A model generated the notes under the pieces. That model was given only the letters and a program-made list of their open reading frames with translations. It was not told where the DNA came from and did no database searches. Both the position numbers and the translations under genes were made by a program. A DNA stretch of 64,000 bases, taken from positions 46,620-110,619 of the forward strand of contig CAZFRO010000006.1 in assembly GCA_964521425.1 (NCBI GenBank), written 5' to 3'. Shown here piece after piece: positions 45,308-55,313 of the stretch (positions within the stretch are counted from its first letter, which is position 1; each line of letters begins with the position of its first letter). The DNA is from an uncultured bacterium. Lineage in GTDB: Bacteria; Joyebacterota; Joyebacteria; Joyebacterales; Joyebacteraceae.

Positions 45308-46603
45308 ATGAGACGACGCGCAACCAGGGCGTTCCTTGTTCTCTTAGCACTTCCGGTCGTTCTGGCGGGGTGCAGCGAGAGCGAAGTCAATCCGTACGAT
45401 GCGCTACAGGATCCGAATCCACCCGTGGTGACGAGCTTCGTCTACTCCGGAGGAGAGGCCAGCTGGTCGACCGATGAGGAGGCGCTCTGCGTCCTTGAGT
45501 ATGGCCCCGTCGGTGGCGACTACGAGCACTACGTCTACGGGTCCGGGAAGTACCACTCGACATTCCACAGCGTTACGCTCCTCGGCATGGACGAGGGCGT
45601 GGAGTACGCCGTGCGTATCAGGAGTATGGACAGGGCGGGCAACGAGGCGTACGACACCGCGATAGCGCTTCCGGACACAATCGTCGGCGCAGCATTCGGT
45701 GGTGAGACAATGTCCCTTTCCATGATCGATGTGGGATGGGGACTGTCGGAACTGCTTAAGACACCGGGTGGCGAGTACATTCTCATAGACGCCGGCAGCA
45801 ACCAGCTTGATGACCACCATCACATTCATACTGCCGACGTACTCAATTTCCTTGTCACAAAAGATGTCAGCTCGCTCAAGGCTGCGGTAATGACCCATAG
45901 CCACGAGGATCACTACGGGGGACTCTCTGCAGAGGATGGCGTTCTCGACTCTTTTTGGGTAGGCGAGATGATCCTGCCCGACCCGACCACCCTCTACAGG
46001 TCCATTCCGCTGAGTATTCTGGGTAAGGCCGAGGAGCATGACATCCCGATCACATACGTCAAGCAAGGTGACACCTCGGACAGCGTACCCGGTCTGGACT
46101 GGGACGATACGCCAGGATTTCGCGTCCAGGTCCTCTCGGCCGGTGTGGGTGGGACCATCGCAGGGCCAGACGACTCGGCTGCAGAGGGCATGAAGGGTAA
46201 CAACGACTCAGTGGTTCTCCGCATGACGTTCGGGAGTGTCTCCTTCATCACAACGGGTGACGCCGAGCACTTCACGGAGTTCGGGATCATTGATGAGTTT
46301 GGGCGGTTGGGGGCCAGGGCACAGGTTCTTCAGATCGCGCACCACGGCAGCGACGACTCGAGTTCCGAGCAGTGGCTCGAGAACGTGTCGCCGCGTGTCG
46401 CTCTCATCTCGTGTGCGATGGTCGAGAACGCTCTCGTGAAGGAGGTCGTGCTCCAGGGCTGCCGTGCCGTCGATGCCGATTACTTCGTCACGGACAAGGT
46501 GTTCCCGAACATGTCCCGCAGTGCGGATCCTGAGTACGGCAACCTGATCACCATGACAGATGGGGAGTCGATCGAGGTCATGGCGGAGCATCACGACTGG
46601 TAG
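45308..46603 (+). CDS. metallo-beta-lactamase-fold lipoprotein, ComEC/Rec2 C-terminal-domain-like hydrolase
   Basis: Lipobox LAGCSESE. YILIDAGSN, MTHSHEDHYGGL (HxHxDH), TTGDAEH and IAHHGSDDSS blocks, as in the ComEC MBL domain. Confidence 0.7.
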   Translation: MRRRATRAFLVLLALPVVLAGCSESEVNPYDALQDPNPPVVTSFVYSGGEASWSTDEEALCVLEYGPVGGDYEHYVYGSGKYHSTFHSVTLLGMDEGVEYAVRIRSMDRAGNEAYDTAIALPDTIVGAAFGGETMSLSMIDVGWGLSELLKTPGGEYILIDAGSNQLDDHHHIHTADVLNFLVTKDVSSLKAAVMTHSHEDHYGGLSAEDGVLDSFWVGEMILPDPTTLYRSIPLSILGKAEEHDIPITYVKQGDTSDSVPGLDWDDTPGFRVQVLSAGVGGTIAGPDDSAAEGMKGNNDSVVLRMTFGSVSFITTGDAEHFTEFGIIDEFGRLGARAQVLQIAHHGSDDSSSEQWLENVSPRVALISCAMVENALVKEVVLQGCRAVDADYFVTDKVFPNMSRSADPEYGNLITMTDGESIEVMAEHHDW

Positions 46604-46674
46604 CGTCTCCGGCAGCAACGCAGGAATTCTCATGAACGAGACGTGTGTGGCCGGCCGCGACATAAGGACAGGCG

Positions 46675-47649
46675 ATGACCTGGCTCGAGACTCTGAGACG
46701 CAAGAAGTTCATGGACCCGCTCACGGCGGCGCTCTATCTGGTGCCGGCCGCGGTCATTGTCGTGGTCTTCAGGATGGTACCCATCGCCTCGGCGTTCGTC
46801 CTGAGCTTCTTCGATGTCAAGATGGGCAGGATCCGCGGGTTCGTTGGTCTGGCTCAGTACATCAGGCTCTTCCAGGATCCGACGTTCTTCAACTCGCTGG
46901 GAACGACGGCCTACTACGTCGCGGGCGTCGTCCCCGCCAGCCTCTTCCTGTCGCTTCTGGCGGCGGTGCTCCTGAACAAGAAGATCCGGGCGCTCGGCTT
47001 CTACAGAACCGTTTACTTCCTGCCGGTTGTGACGTCGCTCGTGGCCATATCCATGGTGTGGAAGTGGATATTCCATCCGCGGCTGGGGCTACTGAACTAC
47101 GTCTTCGAGATCCTGGGCGGCAACGCGATGCTGTGGCTCGACGAGCCGCGCGGCATCTTCGAGATGATGGCGTCCGGTCTCGGATGGGCGTGGTGGCCGA
47201 ACGGTTTCTCCGGGCCGAGTCTCGCCCTCATCGCCGTCATCATCGTCGCGATATGGCGAGGCATCGGCTACAACATCGTCATCTTCCTGGCAGGGCTTCA
47301 GAACATACCGGATCAGTACTACGAGGCAGCCAGAATAGACGGGGCGAACTCACGAGGGGTCTTCTGGCGGGTCACATGGCCGCTTTTGTCACCGACGACG
47401 TTCTATGTGCTCCTGTCCACGACCATCACATCGTTCCAGGTCTTCACACAGATCTATCTCATGACAGGTCCACCGGTTGGTGGACCGATGGGCACAACGA
47501 AGGTAATCGTCTACTACCTCTTCGAGAAGGGATTCGACGCGGGGGGGAACATGGGATACGCGAGCGCCGTGGCCCTCATTCTCTTCCTCATTATCCTGTC
47601 GCTGACTCTTGTGCAGCGGCGACTCGTCGAGAGCAGGGTCTACTACTAG
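46675..47649 (+). CDS. carbohydrate ABC transporter permease (MalF/UgpA-like)
   Basis: Six TM. EAARIDGAN EAA-loop motif. AAGGACAGG SD. Confidence 0.8.
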   Translation: MTWLETLRRKKFMDPLTAALYLVPAAVIVVVFRMVPIASAFVLSFFDVKMGRIRGFVGLAQYIRLFQDPTFFNSLGTTAYYVAGVVPASLFLSLLAAVLLNKKIRALGFYRTVYFLPVVTSLVAISMVWKWIFHPRLGLLNYVFEILGGNAMLWLDEPRGIFEMMASGLGWAWWPNGFSGPSLALIAVIIVAIWRGIGYNIVIFLAGLQNIPDQYYEAARIDGANSRGVFWRVTWPLLSPTTFYVLLSTTITSFQVFTQIYLMTGPPVGGPMGTTKVIVYYLFEKGFDAGGNMGYASAVALILFLIILSLTLVQRRLVESRVYY

Positions 47650-47708
47650 CGCGCGTACCAGTACAGGTGAGGCACAGCTAGCACGCGTACCAGCACGGGT
47701 GAGGTTCG

Positions 47709-48734
47709 GTGGCTCCAATGGAACAGACAGCGACACTGCACGACAGAGAACTCAACGCCGGCTACCGCATGAAGCGGACAGCGGGCATGGCCGGCGTCTA
47801 TGCGGCCTTGGCCGTGGGTGTTGTGCTCATGATCGTGCCGTTCTGGTGGATGGTCTCGACCTCTCTCAAGTCTCCGCTTGAGATTCTCGAGTTCCCTCCC
47901 ACGTGGATTCCGACGGGGCACTTCGCCGAACTGGCGGATGGAACGTGGGAAGAGGTCTACATCGTTTCGAAGGACAAGATTGCGGGAACCGTGGACGTCA
48001 GGTCGCTGGACGGAGGTATCGAGCGCACGGTCGCCTCGAGCGCGGTCGCGGACAGGATCCGTTTCCGCTTCAGAAACTACGCGGAGGCATGGAGTCAGGC
48101 TCCGTTCGCCAGATACTATTTCAATACGATTCTGATCACCATCTTCGTGGTCATGGGCGTCCTCGTGACATCGTCGCTCGCGGCCTACGCCTTCGCGCGC
48201 ATGAAGTTCTGGGGGAGGGACAACATCTTCCTCATCTTCCTGTCGATGATGATGGTTCCGCAGCCTGTCTATCTGGTTCCGTCCTACATCATTCTCGTGA
48301 AGCTCGGGTGGATTGACACCTATCAGGCTCTGATAGTCCCGTGGTTCGCACACATCTTCAGCATTTTTCTCCTGAGACAGCACTTCAAGACGATACCAAA
48401 CGATCTCTACGATGCCGCGATCATCGACGGCTGCAGCAGGTTCGCATTTCTCTGGCGGGTCATGCTTCCTCTGTCCAAGGCAGTACTCGTCGCGGTTGTC
48501 ATCTTCACGGTCGTGGGAACGTGGAACTCGTTCCTGTGGCCTCTCGTGATGACGAACACGCCGGAAGTGCGACCGCTCCAGGTCGGTCTCGCCCGGTTCT
48601 CACAGGAGCAGGGGACAAGTCACGAACTAATGATGGCGGCGGCTGCCTTCTCGGTTGCACCGCTCATCATCGCCTACTTCTTCGCACAGAAGCAGATAAT
48701 CCAGAGCATGGCCACTTCGGGCTTGAAGGGCTAG
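47709..48734 (+). CDS. carbohydrate ABC transporter permease (MalG/UgpE-like)
   Basis: DAAIIDGCS EAA-loop. MKRTAG at 47769 is an alternative start. Confidence 0.8.
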   Translation: MAPMEQTATLHDRELNAGYRMKRTAGMAGVYAALAVGVVLMIVPFWWMVSTSLKSPLEILEFPPTWIPTGHFAELADGTWEEVYIVSKDKIAGTVDVRSLDGGIERTVASSAVADRIRFRFRNYAEAWSQAPFARYYFNTILITIFVVMGVLVTSSLAAYAFARMKFWGRDNIFLIFLSMMMVPQPVYLVPSYIILVKLGWIDTYQALIVPWFAHIFSIFLLRQHFKTIPNDLYDAAIIDGCSRFAFLWRVMLPLSKAVLVAVVIFTVVGTWNSFLWPLVMTNTPEVRPLQVGLARFSQEQGTSHELMMAAAAFSVAPLIIAYFFAQKQIIQSMATSGLKG

Positions 48735-48785
48735 CAGGAGCATGGCCACGTCGAGCCCTGAGGATCAGTTGATGGAGGAATCGGA

Positions 48786-50081
48786 ATGAAGCACAAGCTC
48801 AAGAAGCACTGGCTGCTGCGGGTTCTCCTCGTGACATCCGTTCTCGCCGTAACGCTTGCCGGGTGTGGTGGTGGGGACGAGGGTGGAGCCGACGGCGTGA
48901 CGCGTCTGCAGTTCTGGCATGCCATGGGGGGGCCGCTCGGTGACGCGCTCGATGTGCTCGTCGCGGAGTTCAACGAGAGTCACAGTGACATCGAGATCCA
49001 GTCGGTGAGCATGGGGCGCTACCAGGCGCTCTCGCAGAAGATCATGGCGTCCGTCGCAGCCGGCGAGCCGCCGGATCTGGCGCAGGTCTACGAGGCGTGG
49101 ACCGAGAACCTGATAGAGAACGGCAGTGCCGCGCCCCTGTCGCCGTATGTCAACGGACCGAACGGGCTTTCGCAGGAAGAACTCGACGACTTCATCCCGG
49201 GCATGATCGCGAACAGCACGTGGGAAGGTGAGATCTACTCGTTCCCCTTCAACAAGAGCGTCCGGGGCCTCTATTGGAACAAGGACGCGTTCGCAGAGGT
49301 GGGTCTCACACGCGCTCCCACGAACTGGGACGAGTATCTCGAGTACGCCAAGAAGCTCACACGCGACACCGACGGGGACGACGAGATCGATCAGTGGGGG
49401 ACGGCGGGGCAGATAAGCGCGTGGATGTTCGAGAACCTGCTCGTCCAGAACGGCGGGAGTATTCTCACAGCCGACGGCACGCGCGCTGCGTTCGATAGCC
49501 CCGAGGGAATCGAAGCCCTCGAGTTCATGGTGGAGCTTCTCACTGAGTACGGGAAGGTGACGTCCGGGTACGAGTACCAGAATGATTTCCAGGCGGGCAA
49601 GATAGGCATGATAGAAGGCTCCACCGTCTCGCTCGCGTTCATGGAGGGCAAATACACGTTCGACATGGCGCTCGCGCCGCTTCCGGAGAATAAGAAGAAG
49701 GCGTCCTTCTTCGCGGGCACCAACGTCGTCATCTTCGCGGATTCATGCGACGAGAACAAGACGGCTGCGTGGGAATTCGTGAAGTGGTTCACGAGTCCCG
49801 AGATCACGGCGCGCTGGGCCGCGATGACCGGGTACGCTCCGGTCAGACAGAGTGCAATGAACCTGCCCGTCATGCAGGAGAGGTTCGCGGAGGTCGAGGG
49901 ACTCGACCGCGTGTTCACGCAGCTCGACTACGCCGCGTTTGAGCCACGGTCCGCGGCCTGGTATGCGGGACGAAAGTACCTTGAGGAGAGCGGTGTCGAG
50001 GCCGCCCTCAGAAAGCAGATGATTCCGAGTGATGCACTGGCAGCCGCAGCAGTGGCCGTCAATGCCGAGCTTGCGCAATAG
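48786..50081 (+). CDS. extracellular solute-binding lipoprotein, family 1 (sugar ABC)
   Basis: Lipobox LAGCGGG. GGAGGAA SD. Typical SBP1 length and motifs. Confidence 0.8.
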   Translation: MKHKLKKHWLLRVLLVTSVLAVTLAGCGGGDEGGADGVTRLQFWHAMGGPLGDALDVLVAEFNESHSDIEIQSVSMGRYQALSQKIMASVAAGEPPDLAQVYEAWTENLIENGSAAPLSPYVNGPNGLSQEELDDFIPGMIANSTWEGEIYSFPFNKSVRGLYWNKDAFAEVGLTRAPTNWDEYLEYAKKLTRDTDGDDEIDQWGTAGQISAWMFENLLVQNGGSILTADGTRAAFDSPEGIEALEFMVELLTEYGKVTSGYEYQNDFQAGKIGMIEGSTVSLAFMEGKYTFDMALAPLPENKKKASFFAGTNVVIFADSCDENKTAAWEFVKWFTSPEITARWAAMTGYAPVRQSAMNLPVMQERFAEVEGLDRVFTQLDYAAFEPRSAAWYAGRKYLEESGVEAALRKQMIPSDALAAAAVAVNAELAQ

Positions 50082-50129
50082 ATCCACATCGACGTGGAAA
50101 TCGATCGAGATCCACTTAAGGAGGAATAG

Positions 50130-51275
50130 ATGACACGACGCGGGAAGCACGGAGCGGTAGCCACGCTGGCACTGGCTGCACTGCTTGTTGCCGGCGTAGT
50201 CGCGGCTCAGGAGTTGACGATCTGCGAGGTGCAGCAGTACGACGCGAGCGGCTACTCACCATACAACGGGGAGACGGTGGCCGTCAGGGGGATTGTTACA
50301 TTCCCGCCGGGGTATGTCGTTCCCGGTGAACCGCCTGGACACACCTCGATGTACATCCAGTCGGGCGGCTGCGGAATCAACGTCTTCTGCTTCGATGAGC
50401 CGGCACTGGTTGACGTGGCACTCGGCGACAGCGTCAGAGTGACCGGTCAGGTCGAGGAGTATGTCGGCTCGAGCGCAGGAGCCACCACCGAGATATTGTG
50501 TGACAGCGGGGCGGACATCGAACTCCTTGTGGAGGGCGCGAGATTCGTAGAGCCGCTTGAACTCACGCTGTCGGATGGAATGATCGGGGAGGATCTCGAG
50601 GGCGTGCTTGTGAGAACTGTCGGAGTCATAACACTCCACCTGGGCTTCAAGATCGAACTCGAGGAACTGGACGACCCCGTTATCTACCAGGGTTACAACG
50701 ACAGCGTGGACTTCAACGTCTATGAAGTTGGGGACACGCTCGATGTGGCAGGAGTCGTCCTTCAGTACGACAGAAACCCACCGTACCTGGAGGGATTCGA
50801 GATCGTGCCACGCTTCCAGAGCGATATGAAGCACTTCGTGCCGTTTCCTCCGCCGTACGTCGGGTTCTCCTCCGATGTGCTGATCTCATTCCGTCAGATC
50901 ACGGCTGTCGACACAGCGGGCATGGCCGTGCTCGGAGACGAGAAGGCGCCTGTCTTCTACCCCGATATCGGGGAGATTCTGCCGATCTACTACAAGGCGC
51001 CTGCCGAGAGCCGCACCATTATGAAGCTCTACGATCTACAGGGCAGACTTGTACGCACGCTTCTGGATGAGGACTACGACGGTTACTCGGGTCTTCCAAA
51101 CCACTACGAGCAGCTCTTCCCGTACACCATGGGTGTGCGAGGCTGGGACGGGCGGGACGATCTCAGGCGGCTGGCTCCGGCCGGCACCTACATCTGTCGC
51201 TTTGAGGCGACGAAGCCGGGCGGGTCGACCGAAGTGGTCACGGCGCCTCTCGTCGTCGGAGCCAGGCTCAAGTGA
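50130..51275 (+). CDS. secreted OB-fold/beta-sandwich module protein (ExeM/NucH N-terminal-like, no nuclease domain) with T9SS CTD
   Basis: AAGGAGGAA SD. Signal peptide. ICEVQQYDASGYSPYNGETVAVRGIVT...MYIQSGGCGINVF...VRVTGQVEEYVGSSAGATTEI. LQYDRNPPYLEGFEIVPRFQSDM. CTD: IYYKAPAESRTIMKLYDLQGRLVRTLLDE...WDGRDDLRRLAPAGTYICRFE. Confidence 0.7.
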   Translation: MTRRGKHGAVATLALAALLVAGVVAAQELTICEVQQYDASGYSPYNGETVAVRGIVTFPPGYVVPGEPPGHTSMYIQSGGCGINVFCFDEPALVDVALGDSVRVTGQVEEYVGSSAGATTEILCDSGADIELLVEGARFVEPLELTLSDGMIGEDLEGVLVRTVGVITLHLGFKIELEELDDPVIYQGYNDSVDFNVYEVGDTLDVAGVVLQYDRNPPYLEGFEIVPRFQSDMKHFVPFPPPYVGFSSDVLISFRQITAVDTAGMAVLGDEKAPVFYPDIGEILPIYYKAPAESRTIMKLYDLQGRLVRTLLDEDYDGYSGLPNHYEQLFPYTMGVRGWDGRDDLRRLAPAGTYICRFEATKPGGSTEVVTAPLVVGARLK

Positions 51276-51313
51276 TTCACCTGCCCGGAGATGAAGCTGA
51301 AAGGACTGAGCGT

Positions 51314-54300
51314 ATGAAGCTGAAGAGGGTAATTCTACTCGGGGTTCTCACTCTACTCATCGCGACCGCGGCATCGGCGGATGTGATAAACATCGCTGAT
51401 GTCAACGCTGACGATGAGGATGGGCACCCTATTCTGATGAACGATATCGTGACCATCGAGGGTGTTGTGACGGCGGGAACGGGGGCGTTTGCAGACACGA
51501 ACGAGATCTACGTCCAGGACGCCACGGGCGGAGTCCTCGTGATGCAGGTTCTCACGGCCGCCCCGTTCGTCGCTCCCGGTGACAGCGTCCGTGTGACGGG
51601 CAGTGTGGGCGTTGTCTACTTCAAGCGGACAATGCTGAGAGTGGGGGGAGGTGTCGCGGGATCACGAATCGACGTCCTGAGCACCGGTAATCCCGTGCCT
51701 GCACCGCTTGAACTCACTGCCCGTGACCTCTCTACATCGGGCGAGGATTACGAAGGAACATACGCGGTCGTGCGCGATGTATCACTTCTCCATCCGGGCG
51801 ACTGGCCGAGCACCGAGTACACGGACTTCCGCGAGCTTGACATCACGGATGCCGACACATCGTGTTGGCTCTGGGTGCACCCGTTCACCGATGTCGACGG
51901 CTCCTCGGCCCCTCTCGGGCAGTTCGATGTCTATGGCTTCGTCTCTCCTGACCCCACGCAGCCGAACAACGACGGCTACGGGCTCATTCCGAAAGCCAGG
52001 ATGGATATCCGCTCGGCAGGCTCGGGAGCAGGCTTCGCCACCGCGTCCCCGGAGTGGGTGTTCACGGGTGACGAGCAGGACATCGAGATCTCGCTTGTCG
52101 GAGAGTGCGACGCCCTCAGCCGGATAAGCGTGGCGATTCCGGGCGGATGGACCTTCTCGGGAGATGCGGCAGACATCGGTCTCGACGGCGCCGCGTTCCT
52201 GACGGCGGAGGTCGTGGCGCATCAGGACAGCACAAACACAACACTCATCACCATCCGGGGTGCGAATCTTATCTACGGTTCACCCGGTGACATCACCATC
52301 GAGAGCATGACCGTGCCCTCAACGGCCGGCGACTACGAATTCGTGGTCGGCACGTCCGTCCCGGGTGAGGATCCTGTCGTCATCGGCGATGGGGCCTGGG
52401 TGCACGTGGCAACGACAGGTGAGCCGGGTGATGTCGTCATCAACGAACTCTATCCAAACAGCGATGCCACAGGCGACATCGCGGAGTTCATCGAGCTTCA
52501 CAACCCATCCCGTGGAACGGTCGACATCTCCGGGTGGGTCCTGACCGATGTGGATGACTCGGGAACCTGCGGTGGCTCCAATCTCTGGGAGTTCCCGGTA
52601 GGTTCGGAGATCCCTGACGACGGCTACATTGTCGTTGCGCGTCACGCGATCGGCTACTACGTGCGCTTCGGTGTTGACCCCGATTACGAGCTTGTCGACG
52701 ATGACTACGCGGTCGATCCCGACGACGGTGGGGTTCCGAATCTCATGCTCATGTCACCGGTCGACGGCAACAGCCAGACGAGTCAGGAAATCATCCTGAT
52801 GGGCGGGGACGATGAGAACGGTGCGGTGCTGGAGGGCAAGCGCGTCTACGAGGCCGTCTATCTCTACACGGACAGGCTCAAGACCGACCTCATCGATGCC
52901 GTCGAGTACCGTGACCCGATCTACCTGGATGAGGATTTCTGCACAGGGGAGCCGGAACTCGGCGGTGATGATGACGCATTTGTTCCAGGCTTCGTTCCCC
53001 TGGACTACACGCTCGGTAGAGACGCGGTCTCGACTGACACGAACGCGAGTTCGACCGACCTCATCCTCTCATCAACACCGACTCCGGGTGACGTGAACGT
53101 TCCGACGGATACCGCACCGCCCGGCCTGGCCATGGTGACTGCTGCGGGGGATCGCTTTGTCAAGGTCGAGTTCTCGGAGCGGGTGGACGAGGATGATGCG
53201 ACGAACATCTCGAACTACGCGCTCAATGGGGGGCGTGAGATCTTGCGCGCACTGTTCTCCAGGGAAGAGCGGACGGTGTTTCTCTACGCGTCCGTCGACA
53301 GCACTGGGTTTCCGTACGAGCTTGACGTCAGCGGCGTCGCCGACGTCGCGGGGAATCAGATGATGACCGACTCCGCATCGTTCATAGGTTACTATCAGCA
53401 CTCAACACCGCTGTCCGAGATACAGGCCTACGACGAATACGGTCTCTCCCCTCTTGAGGGAGAGAGGGTCATCGCTCTTGGATTCGTCTCGGTTCCCCCC
53501 GGTGTCTTTCAGGTGGGCAAGACGAGTTTCTACATCCAGGATCTGGACGGGTACGGCATAAATATCTTCACGTCAGACCTTCTCCCTGATCCGCCCTCCA
53601 CGGGTGACCTCATCGAGATCGTCGGGGAGGTCGAGGAGTACATCTCCGGTGGGAACGGTGCGACAACGGAGATAATCGGAAGCGACGATGTTCCATTGAC
53701 CCTGATGGTACACGCGCGGGAACTCCACGCCATAGAGCCCGCCGTCATGCGCACCGGAGACATTGCGGACGAGGCGCTTGAGGGAACGCTCATAACGACG
53801 TCGGGTGTCATCATGAGTCTGGAGGGATTCGCCATCTACATCGATGACGGTTCCGGTTCCATCCAGGCCTATCAGAACTTCACCGACCTTGATTTCTCGA
53901 AGTACGCTTTCGGTGACAGCATCGGCGTGACCGGTGTTCTCCTCCAGTACGACTACTCGTCTCCGTTCTTCGGCGGGTATGAGCTGGCTCCGCGCTATGA
54001 GAGCGACATGGAGATCATGGAGGCGCACTTCGTTGCCGAAGCGGCAGTCACGGCGACGGCGCGAGTGCTCGACATCGACGAGGATGAAGTCATCGAGATA
54101 TCATACAACGGACCGCAGGCGAGCCACATCGCGGTCAGGGTCTTCGATCTTCAGGGCCGGTCGGTGGCGACGCTCTACGATGGTTGGTGCCTGGGACCAC
54201 AGAGAGCGACGTGGGACGGGAAGGATGACAGAGGTAAGGACCTGCCACCTGGCGTCTATGTCTGTCAGGTTCAGGCTAGAGCAAGAACCGGCGAGGCCGC

Positions 54301-54346
54301 GGGGAATGCGGCTGTGCCGATAGTTATCGGAATGAAGCTCCAATAG
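51314..54346 (+). CDS. secreted multi-domain T9SS cargo: OB-like module, Ig-like, lamin-tail domain (LTD), Ig-like, second OB-like module, CTD
   Basis: Signal peptide MKLKRVILLGVLTLLIATAASA. LTD signature VVINELYPNSDATGDIAEFIELHNPSRGTVDISGWVLTD. OB-like modules paralogous to gene 50130 (LLQYDYSSPFFGGYELAPRYESDME). CTD: RVFDLQGRSVATLYDG...WDGKDDRGKDLPPGVYVCQVQ. Confidence 0.8.
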   Translation: MKLKRVILLGVLTLLIATAASADVINIADVNADDEDGHPILMNDIVTIEGVVTAGTGAFADTNEIYVQDATGGVLVMQVLTAAPFVAPGDSVRVTGSVGVVYFKRTMLRVGGGVAGSRIDVLSTGNPVPAPLELTARDLSTSGEDYEGTYAVVRDVSLLHPGDWPSTEYTDFRELDITDADTSCWLWVHPFTDVDGSSAPLGQFDVYGFVSPDPTQPNNDGYGLIPKARMDIRSAGSGAGFATASPEWVFTGDEQDIEISLVGECDALSRISVAIPGGWTFSGDAADIGLDGAAFLTAEVVAHQDSTNTTLITIRGANLIYGSPGDITIESMTVPSTAGDYEFVVGTSVPGEDPVVIGDGAWVHVATTGEPGDVVINELYPNSDATGDIAEFIELHNPSRGTVDISGWVLTDVDDSGTCGGSNLWEFPVGSEIPDDGYIVVARHAIGYYVRFGVDPDYELVDDDYAVDPDDGGVPNLMLMSPVDGNSQTSQEIILMGGDDENGAVLEGKRVYEAVYLYTDRLKTDLIDAVEYRDPIYLDEDFCTGEPELGGDDDAFVPGFVPLDYTLGRDAVSTDTNASSTDLILSSTPTPGDVNVPTDTAPPGLAMVTAAGDRFVKVEFSERVDEDDATNISNYALNGGREILRALFSREERTVFLYASVDSTGFPYELDVSGVADVAGNQMMTDSASFIGYYQHSTPLSEIQAYDEYGLSPLEGERVIALGFVSVPPGVFQVGKTSFYIQDLDGYGINIFTSDLLPDPPSTGDLIEIVGEVEEYISGGNGATTEIIGSDDVPLTLMVHARELHAIEPAVMRTGDIADEALEGTLITTSGVIMSLEGFAIYIDDGSGSIQAYQNFTDLDFSKYAFGDSIGVTGVLLQYDYSSPFFGGYELAPRYESDMEIMEAHFVAEAAVTATARVLDIDEDEVIEISYNGPQASHIAVRVFDLQGRSVATLYDGWCLGPQRATWDGKDDRGKDLPPGVYVCQVQARARTGEAAGNAAVPIVIGMKLQ

Positions 54347-54398
54347 AGGATTCCATTACGAGGGTCTTTGATCGAAAGCGATCCAGAAGGAGGCAAGG

Positions 54399-55280
54399 GT
54401 GAAAGGGATACGAATTGCAACCGCCGCGGCCGTCTTGGTCTGCCTCGTGCTTCCCGGCGTGGCCGGGGCCGCCGGCGTCTTTGACAACCTGATTCTCTCA
54501 CCGCGTGCGCGAGCCATGGGTGGGGCGTTTGTGGCGCTCTCAGATGATGAGACCGCGATCTTCACGAACCCCGCGGCTCTCGCGATGCAGGATGAGATCG
54601 GGATCTACTCGTCGTACGTGGATCTCTACGGCTACGATTTCCTGAAGCTCGGCTCCGGAGCCGTGACTATTCCCACTGACGTGGGAACCTTCGGAATCGG
54701 GGCCCGCTACTTCTCCACCGAATACGACGGCAGCGAACTCGAGAGCGAGTACTCGTTCGTGGTCGGCCAGGGCGTGATGCTGATGGAGGATGTGCATTCC
54801 TCCCTCGCGGTCGGATACGGACTGAGCCTCTACGGACTGAGTTTCCCGACCGAGTCCGTGGGAGGCGTGGAACTCGGGTCCGCCAACACCTTCGGCGTCG
54901 ACATCGGTGTGATAGGTACACTGAGAGGACGCACGCGGTTCGGCTTCTTCGCGAAGAACATCAACAACCCGAAGCTCGGCGACCCGGACGCGAAGGATCT
55001 CCCGCAGTGGTTCACGGCGGGCGTCTGCTACAGTCCGTACGGAGGTGTTCAGACTTGTCTCGAGATCCAGAAGCAGACCACGGAGGATCTGAGGGCCTGC
55101 TTCGGTCTTGAGTTCGAGATCAGCGACTACCTGACACTCCGCGGAGGCATCCAGAATCAGCCGAACAGGCTCTCGTTCGGGTTCGGCACCGGATGGAAGA
55201 TGGTCAAGCTCGACTACAGCTACACATCACACGAGACACTGCCGGGAAGTCACGTCTATGGCCTCGGCATCAAGTTCTAG
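54399..55280 (+). CDS. FadL/PorV/PorQ-superfamily outer-membrane beta-barrel
   Basis: GAAGGAGG sits before GTG 54399. Signal peptide. N-terminal plug-like motif SPRARAMGGAFVALSDDETAIFTNPAALA. Alternating amphipathic strands. C-terminal GLGIKF, an aromatic terminus. Confidence 0.6.
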   Translation: MKGIRIATAAAVLVCLVLPGVAGAAGVFDNLILSPRARAMGGAFVALSDDETAIFTNPAALAMQDEIGIYSSYVDLYGYDFLKLGSGAVTIPTDVGTFGIGARYFSTEYDGSELESEYSFVVGQGVMLMEDVHSSLAVGYGLSLYGLSFPTESVGGVELGSANTFGVDIGVIGTLRGRTRFGFFAKNINNPKLGDPDAKDLPQWFTAGVCYSPYGGVQTCLEIQKQTTEDLRACFGLEFEISDYLTLRGGIQNQPNRLSFGFGTGWKMVKLDYSYTSHETLPGSHVYGLGIKF

Positions 55281-55313
55281 TTTGCGGCCGATCAAGGGAC
55301 GGAGGGAGGTACG

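Noticed and set aside
46560-47681. 373-aa + strand alternative-frame ORF overlapping the MBL gene end and the first sugar permease
   Set aside because: Arg/Gly-rich, with no TM or domain. The permease frame has an EAA loop and six TM segments.
54399-55280. PorP/SprF-family assignment for the 293-aa barrel
   Set aside because: It lacks the N-terminal QDPQFSQY-type motif of PorP/SprF. Its N-terminal motif instead resembles FadL/PorV/PorQ-type barrels, so it is left at superfamily level.
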